A stretch of 64,000 nt of DNA from Candidatus Bathyarchaeota archaeon (GCA_963780185.1 CAWABA010000011.1:1-64000); one strand, 5' to 3'. Counted from the first letter of the stretch, positions 21,528 to 31,046 are shown. Notes: generated by a model from the letters alone, not told the origin. Numbers and translations are program-made.

Positions 21528-22073
21528 TCATTTCAACTCGAGTTTCTTTACCGTTTCCAGAGGCAAATCGTCTTCGCCGATTTTAAATGTCTGGGGCTCA
21601 TCAATCTTCATGATTGTCCTAAGCTCTTCTGGGTCAAGCTCGCAGACCAACTGCGTTATCCTTTCTTTGGCTATGTCGAAATGCTTCTTGAAAGCCCCTT
21701 TATCAGCGTAGAGCGTTGCCGCGTAAGCGCAGATTTCGTTTTTCTTTAGAAACCACCCGATTTTTTTGGTGGTAAAATTGACGTCAAACGTTATTGGGCC
21801 AGCCGTGCAGGTTTCAGGCTTAACCGAGTGTACTATGCATTTTCCTGTTTTTTTGTTGAAGAAACCGCAGAAAAGCTGCGCGTCAACTGCGGGGTAGGAG
21901 TAGCCTGCCTTGGCAAATGGTTCTTTAATGGTGATTTTCTGTTTTTTCAAGTATTTTTTTATGATTTTTTTTCTTTTTTCGCTCAGCGGCGGTTTTGCGT
22001 CTTGGCAGCAGCAGATTTTGCATTGGCTGCAGACGTCAAATGAATAGGTTGCTCCGTTGTCGTCTTCAGGCAT
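21528..22073 (-). CDS. YkgJ family cysteine cluster protein
   Basis: CSQC..CC, CGFF...CIVHSVKPETC..GP. Confidence 0.85.
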   Translation of the reverse strand: MPEDDNGATYSFDVCSQCKICCCQDAKPPLSEKRKKIIKKYLKKQKITIKEPFAKAGYSYPAVDAQLFCGFFNKKTGKCIVHSVKPETCTAGPITFDVNFTTKKIGWFLKKNEICAYAATLYADKGAFKKHFDIAKERITQLVCELDPEELRTIMKIDEPQTFKIGEDDLPLETVKKLELK

Positions 22074-22088
22074 GGTTTTTTTCGCCTT

Positions 22089-23279
22089 TTAGAAGTAGGG
22101 TTCATTATTGGATAGGCATTTAATAAGTGTTGAATAAATATCCACGATTGCTTCATGGAGACTGGTTTTTTCGGCGCGGCGCAGAACCCTTTCCAGTATG
22201 ACCTCGGATAAGCTGCCTGTTTGCATCCGCTTCTCAACAAGCCAAAGGTACCTTTTTTCGTCTGCGTCGGCGTATTCTTGTGCCATGTCAAGGTAGGCTC
22301 GGACCACTTGTTTCGCCGTTTTGCCATGGGGATTTGACACCGCCGCGTTTAAGCCATCTTTGACGACTGCGTTAAAGTCTCGAACCAGCAAGTCATGAGG
22401 CAGAAGCTCAGCGTTCCTAGCAACTAATCCTCTGAGACCCGCACGGATAAAACAGCTCAACGCAACATCGGATTTAATGCATTCTTGCTCATCTATCACC
22501 CGCACTTCAAGGGCGCTACGGTCGAAACGGAAGATTACGCCTCTGGAGTTAACCCACTCACGCCAAAGAATCGTTTTTCCAGCGCCAGCTGCAGCCAAAT
22601 CTTCAGAGTATTGCACGATAACGTCATGCTTGTACCTGCTAAACGACGTAGAGTACTCGGGAACGACGTCGGCGGTTATGGAGGGGATTTCCTTCTGGTT
22701 TATCTTGTAAAACTGCAGCCGATTGTCCCTGTCTGGACCCGCTTTGCCCTCGTAGATGGGGGAGGAAGCGGTGATTGCCGGAAGATACGCGCATAGGTTG
22801 GCAAGCAAATTATGCAGTTGGACACCGTCCTTCTCTTTTTGGTATGGGAGATTCAGATGGAAGCTTTGGATGTTCAGCCAGCCATGCTGGTTTAGGTTAA
22901 AGATTTTGGCGTATTCATCATAGATTTTTCTGTGGTAATGGGGCCAGATGGAGGTGTCTGTAAGCTTTAGAAGAGGATGCATCCCTGTTCCAAGAAGCAG
23001 TGCACCGTGTTTCTGCACGATTTGATTTAGCGTCAAAACCGCGTTTTGCATGGTTTCTTCAAATTCGATTGGGGATTTGAAGGGAGAGTTGGCTTTCAAC
23101 TCCATCACATGCAATTGCAGCTCTTTGCCAAACGTGAAGGAGGGCATTTCTACGAAGTTGATGATTTTTCCGCAGTAATCCTTGATGATTTTGTCGGAAA
23201 TGGGCAAAGGTTTTAGTTCTTTGTCTACGAGCGCTAACTCGTGTTCGGGTCCGAAGACTTCAAGCGGTTTGTACGTGTA
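22089..23279 (-). CDS. Glutamate-cysteine ligase family 2 (GCS2) protein
   Basis: In-frame upstream extension gives FGPEHE; GMHP, FHLNL, ASSPIYEG, LEVRVIDEQ; no canonical start seen. Confidence 0.85.
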   Translation of the reverse strand, partial: YTYKPLEVFGPEHELALVDKELKPLPISDKIIKDYCGKIINFVEMPSFTFGKELQLHVMELKANSPFKSPIEFEETMQNAVLTLNQIVQKHGALLLGTGMHPLLKLTDTSIWPHYHRKIYDEYAKIFNLNQHGWLNIQSFHLNLPYQKEKDGVQLHNLLANLCAYLPAITASSPIYEGKAGPDRDNRLQFYKINQKEIPSITADVVPEYSTSFSRYKHDVIVQYSEDLAAAGAGKTILWREWVNSRGVIFRFDRSALEVRVIDEQECIKSDVALSCFIRAGLRGLVARNAELLPHDLLVRDFNAVVKDGLNAAVSNPHGKTAKQVVRAYLDMAQEYADADEKRYLWLVEKRMQTGSLSEVILERVLRRAEKTSLHEAIVDIYSTLIKCLSNNEPYF

Positions 23280-23382
23280 CTATGCCTCATCCTGTTTAGC
23301 GTTAGCTTAGAATGCGAATATGGCAGTAGTTAATCTTAAATATAACTACACCAATAACGCCTTTCAATCAACCTGGTGTCTC

Positions 23383-24084
23383 ATGACCGTGTTGGTTGTC
23401 TCAAACATCGACCTACCCACTAAAATTCAAGTAATGAAGCCTGCGACGTTTTTAGATTCCACAATCAAAGAACCCACACTCAACATCAGCAATGAGTACC
23501 GTTATATGAAAACAGGCTACTACGTTTCCATGCACGCTGAAATTCTTGGCAACCGCGTCATTCCATCATGCGAAAATATCATTGACTCCAGCAGAACCCC
23601 GGTTTTCCTTCTCAGAGCAGCCAAAGCAGGAGTGCCAACGTTACCCGTCGAGGTCACCGACTCGGTTAAGAAAATAACTAATGAACTCGGCTTCCCAGTT
23701 CTGATTTTCGCGGTTAACCCGTTCATTTACGACGGATTCAAAGTAGCCCACAACAAGAGCGCCCTCTACCGCGCCATGAAAAGCTTAGGGATGAACTACA
23801 AATTCGCTGTGTGCGCGCAGCCTCTGAGAGGTGAGCTTTCCACCGTCAAAACTTACTTCGGCAAAACCGTTAACCAAGATTTGGGTACGCAGAAAATCGC
23901 TGAAAAAGTCTTCAAAACCTTCGGGATCCCAATCTGCAAATTGTACATACAAAAAACTGTTGACAAAGCTTATCTTTGTGGACTGCAACCCGTAGATAAA
24001 GAGGAGCTTTCCGAACAAGATTTGAAAATAATATCCAAAGAGGTCTCGCTCATTTCTGAGCAAGGTGAACACTTCGGTGTCTAA
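23383..24084 (+). CDS. RimK-like ATP-grasp N-terminal (RLAN) domain protein
   Basis: NISNEYRYMKTGYYVSMHAEILGNRVIPS is RLAN-like. Confidence 0.75.
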   Translation: MTVLVVSNIDLPTKIQVMKPATFLDSTIKEPTLNISNEYRYMKTGYYVSMHAEILGNRVIPSCENIIDSSRTPVFLLRAAKAGVPTLPVEVTDSVKKITNELGFPVLIFAVNPFIYDGFKVAHNKSALYRAMKSLGMNYKFAVCAQPLRGELSTVKTYFGKTVNQDLGTQKIAEKVFKTFGIPICKLYIQKTVDKAYLCGLQPVDKEELSEQDLKIISKEVSLISEQGEHFGV

Positions 24085-24955
24085 GATCGCGTGTTTTGTT
24101 GAGAAATATAATTTTACTGATCCTCGGGAGGAAGGTGCCCTCCAAAACTTCAAAGCAGCCGCTGAAAAGCAGGGAAGCGAATTCCATTTCCTCTTCCGAG
24201 AAGACATCTCCGAAGTCCCAAAATACGATTCGGTCTTTATCAGGGCAACAACTGACCCGTTGAACACGGCTTACGTGGTTTCTAAAACCGCTTGGGAACT
24301 GGGGTTAAAAGTCATCGACGACCCAGAATCAATCACTATATGCGGCAACAAAATTCACCAGTACGCCCTGTTCGAAAAATACAATGTCCCGCGGATACCG
24401 ACGCTGTTTTTGAGCAAGGATGAGTTGCACCACAAAAAAATCAGCGAAATATTCGACGTCCTCGGAAAACCCGTGGTGATAAAAGCACCATACACAAGTT
24501 TTTCACGTTACGTTGAGAAAGCAGCTTGCGAGACAAGCTTTCGCGATGTTGCTAAACGGTTCTTCAGGAAATCAGATGTTTTAGCTATCCAAAAGTTTAC
24601 GCCTACAGCCTTCGACTGGAGAGTCGGCGTACTAAACAACGATGTACTCTATGTTTGCAAATACATGATTCCCAAGGGTAAATGGAAGCACGGCGCCAAA
24701 CTCCGAGGCAAACCTACAGTGATTTGGGGTAGAACAGTAAGCCTTCATAAAAGGGAAATGCCGCTTAGGCTTAGGGAAGTGGCGTTGAAGGCTTGCAGTG
24801 TGGTGGGTAAGGGGCTCTACGGCGTGGACATCAAAGAAGTCGACGGCGACTACGTTGTAGTCGAAGTAAACGATAACCCGAGCATCTACGCAGGCTACGA
24901 AGACTCATCCGACCACGACATTTACCGAAGAATCATCAACTACTTATCAGAGTAA
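24065..24955 (+). CDS. RimK-family ATP-grasp ligase
   Basis: VIDDPESI..CGNKI, DWRVGVL, YGVDIK, EVNDNP. Confidence 0.9.
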   Translation: MNTSVSKIACFVEKYNFTDPREEGALQNFKAAAEKQGSEFHFLFREDISEVPKYDSVFIRATTDPLNTAYVVSKTAWELGLKVIDDPESITICGNKIHQYALFEKYNVPRIPTLFLSKDELHHKKISEIFDVLGKPVVIKAPYTSFSRYVEKAACETSFRDVAKRFFRKSDVLAIQKFTPTAFDWRVGVLNNDVLYVCKYMIPKGKWKHGAKLRGKPTVIWGRTVSLHKREMPLRLREVALKACSVVGKGLYGVDIKEVDGDYVVVEVNDNPSIYAGYEDSSDHDIYRRIINYLSE

Positions 24956-25515
24956 ACGGGCAGCTTTATACCTGTCAAGGTTTCATATGCCTTTCTCAAT
25001 TCAGCATATTCTTTTTTAGCCACTGTTTGCAATTCAGTAAGGTCAACAAGTAGGGTTCCATTAGGTTTTATTGAAGAACTAAAGAAGCTATGGTACTTAT
25101 CATCGCTTAAAAGTTTGAACCATAATTGAGAAATGCCTTGAGAAAATAAGTAGTTCTGTTTTTCTATTAGAGATAGTAACCGATTATAGTCAGAGGGATT
25201 TTCCATTTCAAAAGGAGCCTCTTTTTTGACTTGCGGGTCACCAGTTATTCCTTGCCGCCAACCTTTTGCTTCCAACGAATCAAGGATTGTCACTAATTCT
25301 CCATGGACGGCTAAACGTTTCTCTAAATGCTCTTTACTCCAGCTCTGTCGAATCCTTCGGGGTTGAATAACGTAGCTTGATACCAAAAGGACTGCAACGG
25401 AAACAATTGCTGAAACAACAGCCGCTATGATTGTTGTATCTACCGGTAGATTTGACGACATAGCTTCGCCAGCCCATAAAAAAAGTAGCCGCTTATACTT
25501 TAAAAGACTTTGCAA
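24940..25515 (-). CDS. Hypothetical protein with N-terminal TM helix
   Basis: Hydrophobic IIAAVVSAIVSVAVLLV; AT-richer than flanking genes. Confidence 0.65.
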   Translation of the reverse strand: MQSLLKYKRLLFLWAGEAMSSNLPVDTTIIAAVVSAIVSVAVLLVSSYVIQPRRIRQSWSKEHLEKRLAVHGELVTILDSLEAKGWRQGITGDPQVKKEAPFEMENPSDYNRLLSLIEKQNYLFSQGISQLWFKLLSDDKYHSFFSSSIKPNGTLLVDLTELQTVAKKEYAELRKAYETLTGIKLPVYSDK

Positions 25516-25593
25516 GCGCCGAGCCTAAAATCCGACAAAACCCTTATTAATTTTCCAAACTGATTGATAAGCTTAATTACGTAATTATGTAAT

Positions 25594-25683
25594 TGCCGGG
25601 GGAGGGAGTCGAGCCCTCACTCAAGAGCGCCCCATACCAAGGTTCGTCAACGCTCTTGCTCGTCCGTCTCGAATTGCCTCGGC
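25594..25683 (-). ncRNA. tRNA-like structure (degenerate tRNA or tRNA mimic)
   Basis: Acceptor stem GCCGAGG/CCCCGGC-A, D-like arm TTCG-AGACGGA-CGAG, T arm GAGGG-CTCGACT-CCCTC, extended central stem CAAGAGCG/CGCTCTTG. Confidence 0.55.
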
Positions 25684-25694
25684 AGTTACCAGTC

Positions 25695-25994
25695 CTAAAC
25701 TTCTTTTACCTTATCGCTCGGATTCCATAGATAGAGCTTTTTTACACCATTGGTCTCGATTGCTGTTCTCATAATAATATGCTTGAATTCACCCCTTCTT
25801 TGCAATCGCCTTACACCACCCCTCATTGAATCTAAATTGACATCTTCGGATGAAAACATCAGGGCAGTGCCTTTCTTTATACCTTTTAATATCTCCCGAT
25901 ATGGTGCTTGCCTGGGCGTAGCTGCTGGAACAGCATCTTCAGAAACCACAGTGAGTTTAAGTTTAGTTACATCGAGTGCTGTTTTCTTTGCCAT
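25695..25994 (-). CDS. Small basic hypothetical protein (possible DNA-binding, mobile-element type)
   Basis: 99 aa, K/R-rich, preceded by a GAAGG RBS-like sequence. Confidence 0.65.
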   Translation of the reverse strand: MAKKTALDVTKLKLTVVSEDAVPAATPRQAPYREILKGIKKGTALMFSSEDVNLDSMRGGVRRLQRRGEFKHIIMRTAIETNGVKKLYLWNPSDKVKEV

Positions 25995-26480
25995 ATGTTA
26001 TCGCCTTCCATAAGGCGTGTACTTCTATTTAACTGTAGTGTCTGCAATGACTTGCCACGTCACCGCACTGCATTGCACTATAACGCATTCATGCAGTAGA
26101 AGTACAGTAAAACTACTGCAAAAATATCGCATAAGTGACGCATTATTGACGCATTACTACGTCAAAAATTAAATAAGTAACATGATGACACAAAACGTAA
26201 CGGTACGTAACGGTTTGTGCACAGACAAGCGCTTTATGCGCATGATATGCGTACGACATGTGCACGATAAACACACAACACACGCATAGGACGCGTACGA
26301 TACGTGTGACTTATGTGCACAAACAAACGAACAAGTAAATGGACACAAACGAACTGACAAACGATACTGCAGCATTATGGGCGAAACAAACGAGTAAAAT
26401 GACAACAAGTACAAATAACCTAAACAACAAGGAAATACACACGTAAAACAAACATCAGATATGATAACAGGAGATTGAAG

Positions 26481-26672
26481 TTAGATGCAGATGGCACCCG
26501 CCGCAAATCTATCCTGACTCACGGGTTTCTTTGCTCTTTCAACCAGAAAATCGCGTCCATACGGCGGCTTGACATCATAAAGGTCTAACGGTCCTTTTAA
26601 CTTATGCTGTAAATCATCGAGATTAAGGGTGGTTGCTGGAACTCTCCAAAATTCACTTATTCTATCTTTCAT
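26481..26672 (-). CDS. Hypothetical protein or gene fragment
   Basis: 63 aa; frame stays open about 110 nt upstream without a start codon. Confidence 0.35.
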   Translation of the reverse strand: MKDRISEFWRVPATTLNLDDLQHKLKGPLDLYDVKPPYGRDFLVERAKKPVSQDRFAAGAICI

Positions 26673-26920
26673 TCGGTAAAAAATAATATTATAACAATTA
26701 TCTTCCTTAACGTAGCTCTTTCCACCAACTATTCTGTACTTATCACCATTTTCTGTACAACCACTTATCGGGCTAACCGTAACCTATCCGCCGCCATTGT
26801 GGTTGGTGGGAATTATCTTTTAAGTTTTTGCATATCAAGTTATTCGATTGAATACTAGCCCCGCAATTTTCGACATGTATTTATTTTAACGCTCCCTAAT
26901 CCAGTGCAGGAGATTACGTT

Positions 26921-27898
26921 ATGCCCAAAGAAACACATAAACCACATGAAGAACCAGTGAAAGACCACGAGCTCGGCTCTGAAATGTCCGTAGACGAGCT
27001 TGTATGCCAAATGGATAAAGCGTGGGGTTTCACCGCTGGCAAACTAGCGACTGGCGTTAGCATCCTCGAATCCATGATTAACTCAAAGGGCTGCGTCAAA
27101 TTTCTATCGTTCCCCGCCGACATCGTCGCCACGGGCACACGGGGCATAATAAAAGAACTAGTTAAACGCAAACTCGTCGACGTCATCATAACAACCTGCG
27201 GCACCCTAGACCATGACGTTGCACGATGCTGGAAAGACTACTACAAAGGCAGCTTCATAATGAACGATTCTAAACTTCACCGAGAAGGCTTAAACCGCCT
27301 CGGAAACGTGCTGGTGCCAAACGACAGCTACGGCATAATAATAGAGCAGAAAATCCAAGCCCTCCTGCAGGAACTCTACAAAGAAGGCAAACGGGAACTT
27401 TCAACCAGCGAGCTTGCACGGGAAATCGGGTTACGCTGCTGCAACGAAACATCAATTCTTTACTGGGCAGCCAAAAACAACATTCCAGTCTACGTGCCAG
27501 GCATAACCGACGGCGCGGTAGGCTACCAACTCTGGTTCTTCAGCCAAGACCACCACGACTTCAGAATCAACCTGCTCAAAGACGAAGGCGACCTCAACAA
27601 CACCATTTTTGACGCTAAAAAAAGCGGCGCCTTCATCGTCGGCGGCGGCATCAGCAAACACCACACGATATGGTGGAACCAGTTTAAAGACGGCTTAGAC
27701 TACGTCGTCTACATCAGCACCGCAGTCGAGTGGGACGGAAGCTTAAGCGGAGCCCGACCACGCGAAGCCGTTTCATGGGGAAAAATCAGCGAAAAAGCAC
27801 GACGAATAATGATTGAAGGCGACGCAACCGTGATAATGCCGATAATGACCAGCGCACTAATTGACAGATTGAAAAAACGAAAAGCCCAAACAAAATAG
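26921..27898 (+). CDS. dys: Deoxyhypusine synthase
   Basis: GFTAGKL, NRLGNVLVP, GGGISKHH, DGSLSGARPREAVSWGK. Confidence 0.95.
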   Translation: MPKETHKPHEEPVKDHELGSEMSVDELVCQMDKAWGFTAGKLATGVSILESMINSKGCVKFLSFPADIVATGTRGIIKELVKRKLVDVIITTCGTLDHDVARCWKDYYKGSFIMNDSKLHREGLNRLGNVLVPNDSYGIIIEQKIQALLQELYKEGKRELSTSELAREIGLRCCNETSILYWAAKNNIPVYVPGITDGAVGYQLWFFSQDHHDFRINLLKDEGDLNNTIFDAKKSGAFIVGGGISKHHTIWWNQFKDGLDYVVYISTAVEWDGSLSGARPREAVSWGKISEKARRIMIEGDATVIMPIMTSALIDRLKKRKAQTK

Positions 27899-27984
27899 TC
27901 TTTGGGCAAAGTTAAAAATAGTGAAAACACAAAAGTAAAGTAAAGCCTTGCGTTTTAGACTAGCAAGAAAGCGGTAAGTTAGTT

Positions 27985-29115
27985 TTGTCGGTAGCCAAGT
28001 ATTTTCAAACGCGGAAAGCGTTTTTCTTCATGTTCATAGGGCTAGCTGTCTTCATACTGTACCTCTATTTCTTCGCGGGATTCAAGAACATAGCTGTCGT
28101 CCTGCGCGGAGTCGACCCGATGCAGTACGCCCTTTTCTATGCTTTGGCAATAGGCACGGTTTTGCTTGGCAACTTCTTTTGGCTCCTATCATGGAGAAAC
28201 GTACTGCACACGCTCAACGTCAAGATCAGTGTGAAAAGCGCCTTCTTGTACTACTGGACAGGTTACTTCGTTGACCTCGTCGTTCCCTGCGAAACCGTAT
28301 GCGGAGAACTCACGAGGTTATATCTTGTACACAAGGAAACCGACAATGACTACGGTCTCGTCGCGGCTGGCGGAATAACAAACCGAATAATCGCTTACAT
28401 AATCGTGGTAACAGGACTCTTCACAAGCGCCGGACTACTTTTCCTAAAATCCAACGTACCAGCAATCATTTCAAGCGTTCTTATCCTCATCATAATCGGC
28501 GCAACTGCTTACCTCGCAGTCCTCATGTATTTGGCTCTCAGCGAGAAATCAGCCGAAAAGATTGCATCGCTGGGAATTAGGATACTGAGAGTCCTTCGAC
28601 CTGGCAAATACCGCTCAAACGACCTTTCGCCCGAAACGAGAAAAAGCCTCGCAGCCTTCTACTCAGGATTCAAAATTTTCCGCGAAAAACCCAGACACCT
28701 GATTAAACCCTTCGTCTACTTGACGATATCGTGGCTGTTCAATCTCTCCCAGTACATACTGGTTTTCTTTGCCCTCGGCATTCGCGGTGAGCCTTTCGCC
28801 TTCTTCATCATCATCTACTTCGTGGCGGGTTCGCTCACCGACGTCGCAGCCAGCTTCTCCGTGGGAACCCTAGACATACTGCTCGCGACGATTTTTGTCG
28901 TCTACGGGCTAAACCCAGCCCTAAGCGGAATCACAGCAGCACTCGTGAGAAGCGTCACTTTCTGGGCACCCCTCGTAATCGGCTATGCGATTGTCCAAGC
29001 CTTCGGAGCCAAAAAACTGCTGGCTCCAACCCCAAAAGAAAAAGTCATCCTTCCGCCCAACCAGCCACCAAAAGCGCCAGTGCCACATATCGGAAACGCT
29101 TCTCAACCTACTTGA
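27985..29115 (+). CDS. Lysylphosphatidylglycerol-synthase TM domain / UPF0104 flippase-like membrane protein
   Basis: Multi-TM; W....L...., GYFVDLVVP...GE..R, ALVRSVTFW. Confidence 0.8.
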   Translation: MSVAKYFQTRKAFFFMFIGLAVFILYLYFFAGFKNIAVVLRGVDPMQYALFYALAIGTVLLGNFFWLLSWRNVLHTLNVKISVKSAFLYYWTGYFVDLVVPCETVCGELTRLYLVHKETDNDYGLVAAGGITNRIIAYIIVVTGLFTSAGLLFLKSNVPAIISSVLILIIIGATAYLAVLMYLALSEKSAEKIASLGIRILRVLRPGKYRSNDLSPETRKSLAAFYSGFKIFREKPRHLIKPFVYLTISWLFNLSQYILVFFALGIRGEPFAFFIIIYFVAGSLTDVAASFSVGTLDILLATIFVVYGLNPALSGITAALVRSVTFWAPLVIGYAIVQAFGAKKLLAPTPKEKVILPPNQPPKAPVPHIGNASQPT

Positions 29116-29175
29116 GTAGCCTGCAAAAAAGTCTAATTTCAAAAACTAAAACAAATAGGAAAATGAAGGCGGCGT

Positions 29176-29283
29176 TTATTGGACGCCTTTGGATAGCCAG
29201 CTCATGTCCTGTCCTTTGCGTTTTTTCTGGCATGCGTTCGCAGAGTGCATGTGCGTTGGTTGCGTCGCAGTAGCATACTGCCG
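29176..29283 (-). pseudogene. Degenerate duplicate of the 3' end of the DHS-like gene at 29982-31046
   Basis: ttattggacgcctttggatagccagctcatgtcctgtcctttgcg...ggttgcgtcgcagtagcatac matches 29982-30100 with an internal deletion. Confidence 0.85.
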
Positions 29284-29413
29284 ATTTTCCTCAGCAGACT
29301 AATTGTTCGACGGGAATTGGTTCCCTAATATGACAGGAATTTTTAACGAACAATGGAAAGGGGCAAAATCTTTATCCACGCAAATACTATTAATGACCGC
29401 AGGAACTGATAAA

Positions 29414-29545
29414 ATGGCAGAGTTGAAGATTGAGGCGGAGAGATGCACAGAGGAAGAGGTAATTCTGGACGAAAAGTTCCGAAAGCGAATGACTCAAAGC
29501 ATCAAGCGCCACAAAGTTCTTCTGGAAAAACTCGCCGAATTGTAA
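29414..29545 (+). CDS. Putative small antitoxin
   Basis: 43 aa ending KRHKVLLEKLAEL, overlapping the downstream Doc gene. Confidence 0.65.
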   Translation: MAELKIEAERCTEEEVILDEKFRKRMTQSIKRHKVLLEKLAEL

Positions 29546-29934
29546 GGTATCTCAGTCGCCAAACTATTGAGGAATTGCATCGTGCCATAATTCTTGAAAC
29601 ACACGACAAAATAGCCGAGTGTGCGCATTGTTTGAAGCCAAGCGCGTTGGAGTTGGCTTTGGAACTGCCTAAGAAATGTCTTTATGGACAGGAGCTCTAT
29701 CCCGACCTTTTCGAAAAGGCAGCGGTCTTAATGCGGGAACTGATTAAGGGTCACCCCTTTGAAGCAGCTAACAAGAGAACTGGCTACATGGCTGCGCTGA
29801 TATTCTTGAGTGAAAATGGTGTTGCCATTGATAGCAACGTGGAGGATGCAGTCTCTCTAACGCTTAGGATAGCCATGGATAAAGCAGGTGTTGAAGAAGT
29901 TGCTGAGTGGTTAAGGAATCATTCAAGCCATTGA
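29542..29934 (+). CDS. doc: Death-on-curing (Fic/Doc) family toxin
   Basis: RYLS....ELH, LYPDLFEKAA, HPFEAANKRTG; no canonical start codon at the expected position. Confidence 0.85.
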   Translation, partial: VRYLSRQTIEELHRAIILETHDKIAECAHCLKPSALELALELPKKCLYGQELYPDLFEKAAVLMRELIKGHPFEAANKRTGYMAALIFLSENGVAIDSNVEDAVSLTLRIAMDKAGVEEVAEWLRNHSSH

Positions 29935-29981
29935 GGACAAAATGGTTTAAGATAACAAAGAAGAAGGAAGAATTGGGTGTT

Positions 29982-31046
29982 TTATTGTACGCCTTTGAAT
30001 AGCCAGCTCATGTCTTGTCCTTTGCGTTTTTCTGGCACTCTCTCGCAGAGTGCGTGAGCTATCAGTGGCAGTGCGATGGTTGCGTCGCAGTAGCATACGG
30101 CTCGTGTGCCTTCTTTGCTGTTGATTTTGCCCCAGCTGATCGCCTCTTCCAATGTGCAGCCTGATAAGCCGCCCCATTGGGGTGAGTCTGTGGTGATTTG
30201 TATGGCGTATTTGTGGGGGTAGTAGTATTCTTGCAGTCCCTTGCGTAAGCCGCCTTTTCTGCCTTTGACGCCTTGATCCTCAGTGAAGGGGGAGACGGAT
30301 ATTGCGATGAGCTGCGTTAGATCTTTGGGGACGCCGCCGCCGATGTAGACCACTCCGACTTCTTTGGTTTTTGTTCCTATGCTCACGAATTGGTCGAATT
30401 CTTTGACGCTGTCGATGTGGACGTTGTGGCCTTGGTTTTTGGCTAAGAGGAAGGTTTCGCCGTAGGCGCTGTCAACCATGGCGGGGCTAAAGATGGGTAC
30501 GCCGTTGGCTGCTGCAACTGCGGATATGGCGGGGATTTTTTTCTTGCCTAAGTATTTGCCAAGTAGATAGAGGAATTCGGCTGAGGTGTAGTTGTAGTCT
30601 TCTTTGCAAGTCATGACAAAGTCGGTGACGACTTCTTCCATTTTTCGGTAATCGGTTTCTTTGCCGTAGACGTCGTAATATCGGTTGACGTCGTCGTGGA
30701 GCAGTTGCTCATCGTTTACCATGTGGCTGCCCTGATAGTAGCCAAGGCCCATGGCGTCTACGATGTCTTCGGAGACGTTTGCGCCTGTGGAAACCAACAC
30801 GTCGATGAAACGGTTCTCAATAAGCCAGTTTATAATTGTCCATTGCCCAGCCGTGCTCATGGAGCCAGCGAATCCCATGGCGATGGTTAAGTCTTTTTCT
30901 TTAAGCATGTTCTCCCAAACGTCTACTGCTTCGCCGAGTTTGCGACCTTGGTAGGCGGTTTTGCCCATTTCAGAGAGGAGTTGGGAGACACTTTTTGGTT
31001 TGACTTTGATTGGTTCAAGTTTCTTTTTGAAGTATGGATCGCTCAT
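29982..31046 (-). CDS. Deoxyhypusine synthase family paralog (possibly homospermidine synthase-like)
   Basis: AYQGRKLGEA, STGAN, GGGVPKD, WGGLSGCTLEEAISWGK, DATIALP. Confidence 0.9.
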   Translation of the reverse strand: MSDPYFKKKLEPIKVKPKSVSQLLSEMGKTAYQGRKLGEAVDVWENMLKEKDLTIAMGFAGSMSTAGQWTIINWLIENRFIDVLVSTGANVSEDIVDAMGLGYYQGSHMVNDEQLLHDDVNRYYDVYGKETDYRKMEEVVTDFVMTCKEDYNYTSAEFLYLLGKYLGKKKIPAISAVAAANGVPIFSPAMVDSAYGETFLLAKNQGHNVHIDSVKEFDQFVSIGTKTKEVGVVYIGGGVPKDLTQLIAISVSPFTEDQGVKGRKGGLRKGLQEYYYPHKYAIQITTDSPQWGGLSGCTLEEAISWGKINSKEGTRAVCYCDATIALPLIAHALCERVPEKRKGQDMSWLFKGVQ

